Positions 59,275 through 64,000 of a stretch of 64,000 nt of DNA are shown here, piece by piece; the stretch's first letter is position 1; every line of letters starts with the position of its first letter. Origin of the DNA: Selaginella moellendorffii (Eukaryota; Plantae; Lycopodiophyta); contig NW_003314304.1 of the NCBI RefSeq assembly GCF_000143415.4, positions 1,112,047 through 1,176,046 of the forward strand, written 5' to 3'. Under the pieces are notes generated by a model. That model worked only from the letters and a program-made list of their open reading frames with translations. It was not told the origin of the DNA and did no database searches. Made by a program: the position numbers and the translations under genes.

Positions 59275-61575
59275 ATGATCTCCAGAGCTACGCTACCAAA
59301 AACGGGGAGTGGGCTGCTCCCGCAATCGATCGATCCGAGCGTCTTGGCCAGGCTAGGCCACAAAGATCTCGAGCTCGACAACGATGTCTACGCCACGCTC
59401 CTCCGCGAATGCGAGAGATCCAAATCGCTCTCGCAGGGGCGATACATCCACGCTCACATCCTCGCCAGTGGCAAGAGCGGCAAGACGTTCCTGGGAAATC
59501 TCCTGGTCCGGATGTATGGCAAATGTGGCTCCATCGCCGATGCCAAAGCGGCCTTCGATCAGATCCATCGCAAGAACGTCTTCTCCTGGACGATCATGCT
59601 CGGGGCGTTTGCCGATTGTGGGCATCACAGGCAGGCGATCCAGATCTATCACGCCATGGTTCTCGAGGGAGTGAGGCCGGATTGCGTCGCCTTCGCATCC
59701 ATCGCGGGGATTTGCTCGGAGCTGCAGTGTTTCCAAGCGGGCAAGGCGATCCACGACTGCGTGCTCGAGCAAGGCGCCGAATCCGACGTGATCGTCGCCA
59801 ACAATCTCGTCACCATGTACAGCAAATGCGGCCGAATCGATGAGGCTAGATGCGTGTTTCGCCGGATCAAGAACAAGAATCCAGTGTCTTGGAACGCGAT
59901 TATTGCAGCATTTTCCCAGTGTGGAGATTTTGCGAGCGCGCTGGAGTTCTACGTCGAGCATCCCGTGCCTGACAAGATCACGCTCATTCTGGCAGCGAAA
60001 GCGTGCGCTAGCTTGGGGGATCTCGATCGAGGCCGGGAGATCCATGCCAGAGCCGTGGAGCTGGGATTGGAATCGGACCTCCTGGTGGCCAACAGTCTGA
60101 TCGGGATGTATGGCAAGTGCTACTGCGTGGGTGATGCCAAGCGCTTGTTCGATGGATTGGATGCCAAGAACAGGGACGTGATCTCCTGGAACTCGATCAT
60201 CGCGGCTTATATCTTGGCCGGGATGAGCTCGCAGGCGCTGGAGCTCTTCCGGGAGAGAATGGATGTGGAGCCGAATAGGATCACTTTCATCGCGCTGATT
60301 GATGCCTGCTCGACCCTGTGCGATCTCGAGCAGGGAAGATGGATCCACGAGAGGATTCGCAGCTCGGAATTTGAGAGAGAGGTGGCAGTGGAGAACGGTC
60401 TACTGCTCATGTACGCCAAGTGTGGGAGCATCGAGGAAGCGATGGCGATCTTCGAGAGCATGGAAGGGAGACGAACGGTCTCTTCCTGGAATTCGATGAT
60501 CGCTGCTTGGGCGAGTCAAGGAGATCGAGATGGCAGTAGCAGTGACGAGGTTTTACGGATCTACAACAGGATGAGCTTGGAAGGATTGAAGGCTGACAAG
60601 ATCACTTTCGTGAGCTTGGTGACGATTTGCAAGGATATCTTGCACGGAAGGAGGATTTTCGAGCAGATCATCGCTGCTGGGATCGTTCTAGAGACGGAGA
60701 TGGAGCTCGCAACGAGCTTGGTGATCATGTACTGCAAATTCGGCTGCGTGCGCGACGCGATGGCAGTTTTCTCTGGGATGAGATCAAGAGATGTGGTGGC
60801 CTGGACAGCGATGATCACGGCTTTCTCGCAGCAAGAACACACGAGCATGGAGGCCGTGGATTACTTTTGCCGGATGGACTTGGATGGATCCAAGCCCGAC
60901 GAGGTGACTTTCGCCAGCGTTCTTGGATCGATTGCTCGATTGGGTCTTCTCTCCAGAGGAAGATCCGTCCACTGCGATGTTCTAGCCTGTGGATTTCAAT
61001 CCGATGTCGTGGTGGGCACTGCGCTGCTCGACATGTACAGCAAATGCGGGAGCTTGATCGATGCCAAGCGCGCGTTTAACGATCTGGGAGGCTCCAGGAA
61101 TCTCGTCTCCTGGAACGCGATGATCGCCGCCATGGCCAAGCATGGCGATTGGAGCTCCGGCTTCGAGCTCTACCGCGCCATGATCCTCGAGGGAGTGAGA
61201 CCCAACGATGTCACATTCACCAACATGCTCTTCCTGTGCAGTCACGGCGGTGGTGGCGATCGAGAATGCGGCATCTGGGACGGTTGCGCATCGATCGTGC
61301 TCGAATTCGGCGTCAAGATCACGCCCGATCACCACTGCTCGATCGTGGATGTTCTTGGGCGATCCGGGCGGCTCGAGGAGGCAGAGGAATTCGTGGACAA
61401 GGGGATGGGATTCGAGCCGGGGATCGTCGAGTACCGTACGCTCCTGGGGAGCTGTACGGTTGCTTGCGACATGGAGAGAGGCGCGCGCGTGGCGCAGCGC
61501 GTCATGGAAATCGAACCTCAAACTTCCATGGCATATTCACTGCTGGCCAAGATTTTGAGGAGGTTTTGTAGCTAG
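59275..61575 (+). CDS. PLS-class PPR protein with E domains, no DYW, intronless
   Basis: Canonical P-L-S triplets (LV.MY.KCG....A..F....VSW), LCSHGG, HHCSIVDVLGRSG, YRTLLGSC. Confidence 0.94.
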   Translation: MISRATLPKTGSGLLPQSIDPSVLARLGHKDLELDNDVYATLLRECERSKSLSQGRYIHAHILASGKSGKTFLGNLLVRMYGKCGSIADAKAAFDQIHRKNVFSWTIMLGAFADCGHHRQAIQIYHAMVLEGVRPDCVAFASIAGICSELQCFQAGKAIHDCVLEQGAESDVIVANNLVTMYSKCGRIDEARCVFRRIKNKNPVSWNAIIAAFSQCGDFASALEFYVEHPVPDKITLILAAKACASLGDLDRGREIHARAVELGLESDLLVANSLIGMYGKCYCVGDAKRLFDGLDAKNRDVISWNSIIAAYILAGMSSQALELFRERMDVEPNRITFIALIDACSTLCDLEQGRWIHERIRSSEFEREVAVENGLLLMYAKCGSIEEAMAIFESMEGRRTVSSWNSMIAAWASQGDRDGSSSDEVLRIYNRMSLEGLKADKITFVSLVTICKDILHGRRIFEQIIAAGIVLETEMELATSLVIMYCKFGCVRDAMAVFSGMRSRDVVAWTAMITAFSQQEHTSMEAVDYFCRMDLDGSKPDEVTFASVLGSIARLGLLSRGRSVHCDVLACGFQSDVVVGTALLDMYSKCGSLIDAKRAFNDLGGSRNLVSWNAMIAAMAKHGDWSSGFELYRAMILEGVRPNDVTFTNMLFLCSHGGGGDRECGIWDGCASIVLEFGVKITPDHHCSIVDVLGRSGRLEEAEEFVDKGMGFEPGIVEYRTLLGSCTVACDMERGARVAQRVMEIEPQTSMAYSLLAKILRRFCS

Positions 61576-61609
61576 GGTTTATGGCTACGTCGCCAGATTT
61601 TCCATCGTC

Positions 61610-61825
61610 TCTGTATATGCAGCTACGATGAGCGTACGATTGTTCCGCTCCATTACAAGCAGCATTGGATTGCTCTTCCAGGAAGGAGCAAGAAAACAAC
61701 GAGGAGGCTGGCGGCTGTCTGTATATGCAGCTACGATGAGCGTACGATTGTTCCGCTCCATTACAAGCAGCATTGGATTGCTCTTCCAGGAAGGAGCAAG
61801 AAAACAACGAGGGGGCTGGCGGCTG
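61610..61825. repeat. Near-perfect 108-bp tandem duplication
   Basis: ctgtatatgcagctacg... starts at 61611 and again at 61719. Confidence 0.95.
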
Positions 61826-63264
61826 TGGGGAATTCCAACAAAGTAAGTATGAGAGACCTGGCGTTCTTGGGACACGCGCTTTGCAAATCAGGTGAGTGAG
61901 AACCTTCTCTCGCGTTTGGTCTGGTTTGATCCTGATGTCACCCTGTTCTACAGCAACCACCATAAACATACCCTCGTCTTGTCGCAAGAGACTCTACCGT
62001 TTGGAGTGGATTATTAAAGACTTATTAAGCGGATCTGTCTCTCCATAGCGTTCATACTGGAGCATATTCGGTATTGCCGATCTTTCGTTCACGCAGCTCC
62101 TTCATAGCAATCTGCAGAGAACATTCAAGAGCTCCATCACTCCACACAAATTCCTTTTCAGAGTTTCTATACCTCGAGTGGATCTCGAGTGAAGTTTTGG
62201 CTTTCTTAGCGAAGAATCGTGCAGAATCTGGCAAGGTATAATCTGAAAAGTATAAGCTAAAATGCATTTCTTTTGTCTTCTTTCATTCTCCATGGTATGT
62301 GGGACTTCTCTCAGCATATCCCGAGCTGCATATCCAGTGATTCAAAGCAAAGTCTCACCCTTATACCCCTCTTTGATGATGGGCGGGCAATTAGCACACC
62401 ATTATTCTTCCATGTCTTGTCTTTCTCTAGTCGGCCACCCAGAATATAAAATGCGACCACCACCTCCATTGCAAACTCCAGAGGGAAGGCTCCAAACTTT
62501 TGAGTGAGCAAAGGGCTCTCACCTCGAGAACTCGGACAAGCTCTCTCGAATCCAAGCTTGGCTCCTTTCGTTATTCTTCTCCTCTTCGTCCCCTTTCAAG
62601 AGTAAGCTTGGTTTGTTTGGTCTTTGCTCTCGTGGTTCTGAGCTTGTGATTCTTTCAGTTTTCTTGCGCCAGAAATCGGGACTCCGACGAAACAAAACGT
62701 TCCACTTCCAGAAAGAGTACGTGCCTCACTTCCTTCCATGCTCAAGTGATTCTTTCATTTCCCTTTCGCTCGCATAAGTTACTCGTGTTGACAGTGTATA
62801 ACTGTGTAACTTATGACAGCCTCTTTTCATGTAGATTTCCTGACAATCCCTGTCTCCTTTTTGTTGCTCCAGAGGCCAATGGACATGGATTGCTTGCTTC
62901 TTCTCTCCTCTTGCACTCCGCCGCGTCAGTTTCACTCGGGAAAACGTATGTAATTGTTCGTTGGCCGCGGCGAGAAATGAAGGCTTTCCCGCTTTTCTCC
63001 AGAGATGATCTTAAGACGCTGTTTTCTTGTGAGAACCGGTACTGGTGCTCCTCCCCAGCACCATGCAATTTTTTATGATTCCACGCCACCATTTGTCTCG
63101 TCATATGCTCACTGCCGCTGTTCTTCTTCACCTGCTTCCAGAGCACGGGCGACACAAAACTTTGAAGGGGCATTGTCAACTTGACACCATTTCCACCAGG
63201 TATTTCATCTCTTGGTTGATCGTTTTCTTGACGATGCTCGCCTCAAGTAACCAAGCTTTCAGGC

Positions 63265-63522
63265 ATGGTGAACCTCCAGAAGCAGCTTGAGAATCAGCTC
63301 GTCCCAGAGTGGCGGGTGAATTACTGCGACTACAAGCAGCTCAAGAAAGTTGAGATTCTACAGGTCGATCCAAAGGTCTTCTCGGTTGACAAGAGCAAGC
63401 TCCAAAACTTGCTGCAAAATCCCAGCGCCATCCTGAGCAGCTGCTGCGAAGGAAACTTCCATGCTTTTCGGGGTCCAAAACGCGTGATTGTGGGAAGTGA
63501 GACCACTTACTTCAGACAATGA
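63265..63522 (+). pseudogene. SPX-domain N-terminal fragment (PHO1-like)
   Basis: MVNLQKQLENQLVPEWRVNYCDYKQLKK matches the SPX start. No continuation visible. Confidence 0.7.
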
Positions 63523-64000
63523 AAAACAAAGCTCATGCATGGACATTTCCTGTGGTGCCACACAACATATGTTTGACTGAGATGATACAAAGAAATTTTA
63601 TACCATTTTGAGCTCTTGTTTAACGAGATCCTTGGGAGAAGCTTTTGGAAGTTCTTAAGTAGTGTCCTATCTGATAGAATAGTGTAAAATTATCAAATTT
63701 TACTTACAAAGTTTTGATCGTTCTTTTCAATATTCAAGATCCCAATATCCTCTACATTAATCTAGTGTCAACTTAAATTAAACTGCCATTGCTTGGGACC
63801 ACAATAGCTTATGCCATAGGTTGTGGGATCCATTGCTTGCACTAGAGCAATTCGTTACATTGGATTTCCTTTGGATCTTTGAACAATCGAGGAGCACCAG
63901 GATTTCAATATGGTGGCATTAAGAATATTCACTATATTTGCAAATATAACAAATTCCTTTTTTGTATGTAAACTTTTAAGTACAAAAAAACCAAATATCA

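Overview
Eukaryotic, gene-dense plant nuclear DNA. Introns of about 50-70 bp, intronless PLS-class PPR genes and tandem CYP71-clan P450s point to a lycophyte such as Selaginella (inferred, not verified). In order, the window holds: a decayed Ty3/gypsy relic; ZW10; a plasma-membrane H+-ATPase; a triplicated PPR-P450A-P450B-P450C block in which only the last unit is intact; DDB2; an orphan ORF with a permuted papain-like His/Cys signature; further PPR genes; ACX2; an OPI10/Hikeshi gene; a pectate lyase-like gene and a multipass membrane gene, duplicated together; a MYND-DUF4470 pseudogene; a small 3-exon secreted Cys-rich peptide gene missed by the ORF track; and an SPX fragment. One P450 copy is split by a nested insertion: a ~70% GC fragment carrying a hAT element and a full gypsy LTR element, each of which carries a copy of the same 287-bp MITE. 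The best candidates for undescribed biology are the XK-related (Xkr scramblase)-like membrane protein pair, the secreted cationic 4-Cys peptide precursor, the permuted thiol-protease-like orphan and the PPR whose L motifs carry a recurring insertion. All family calls are by eye; no searches were run.
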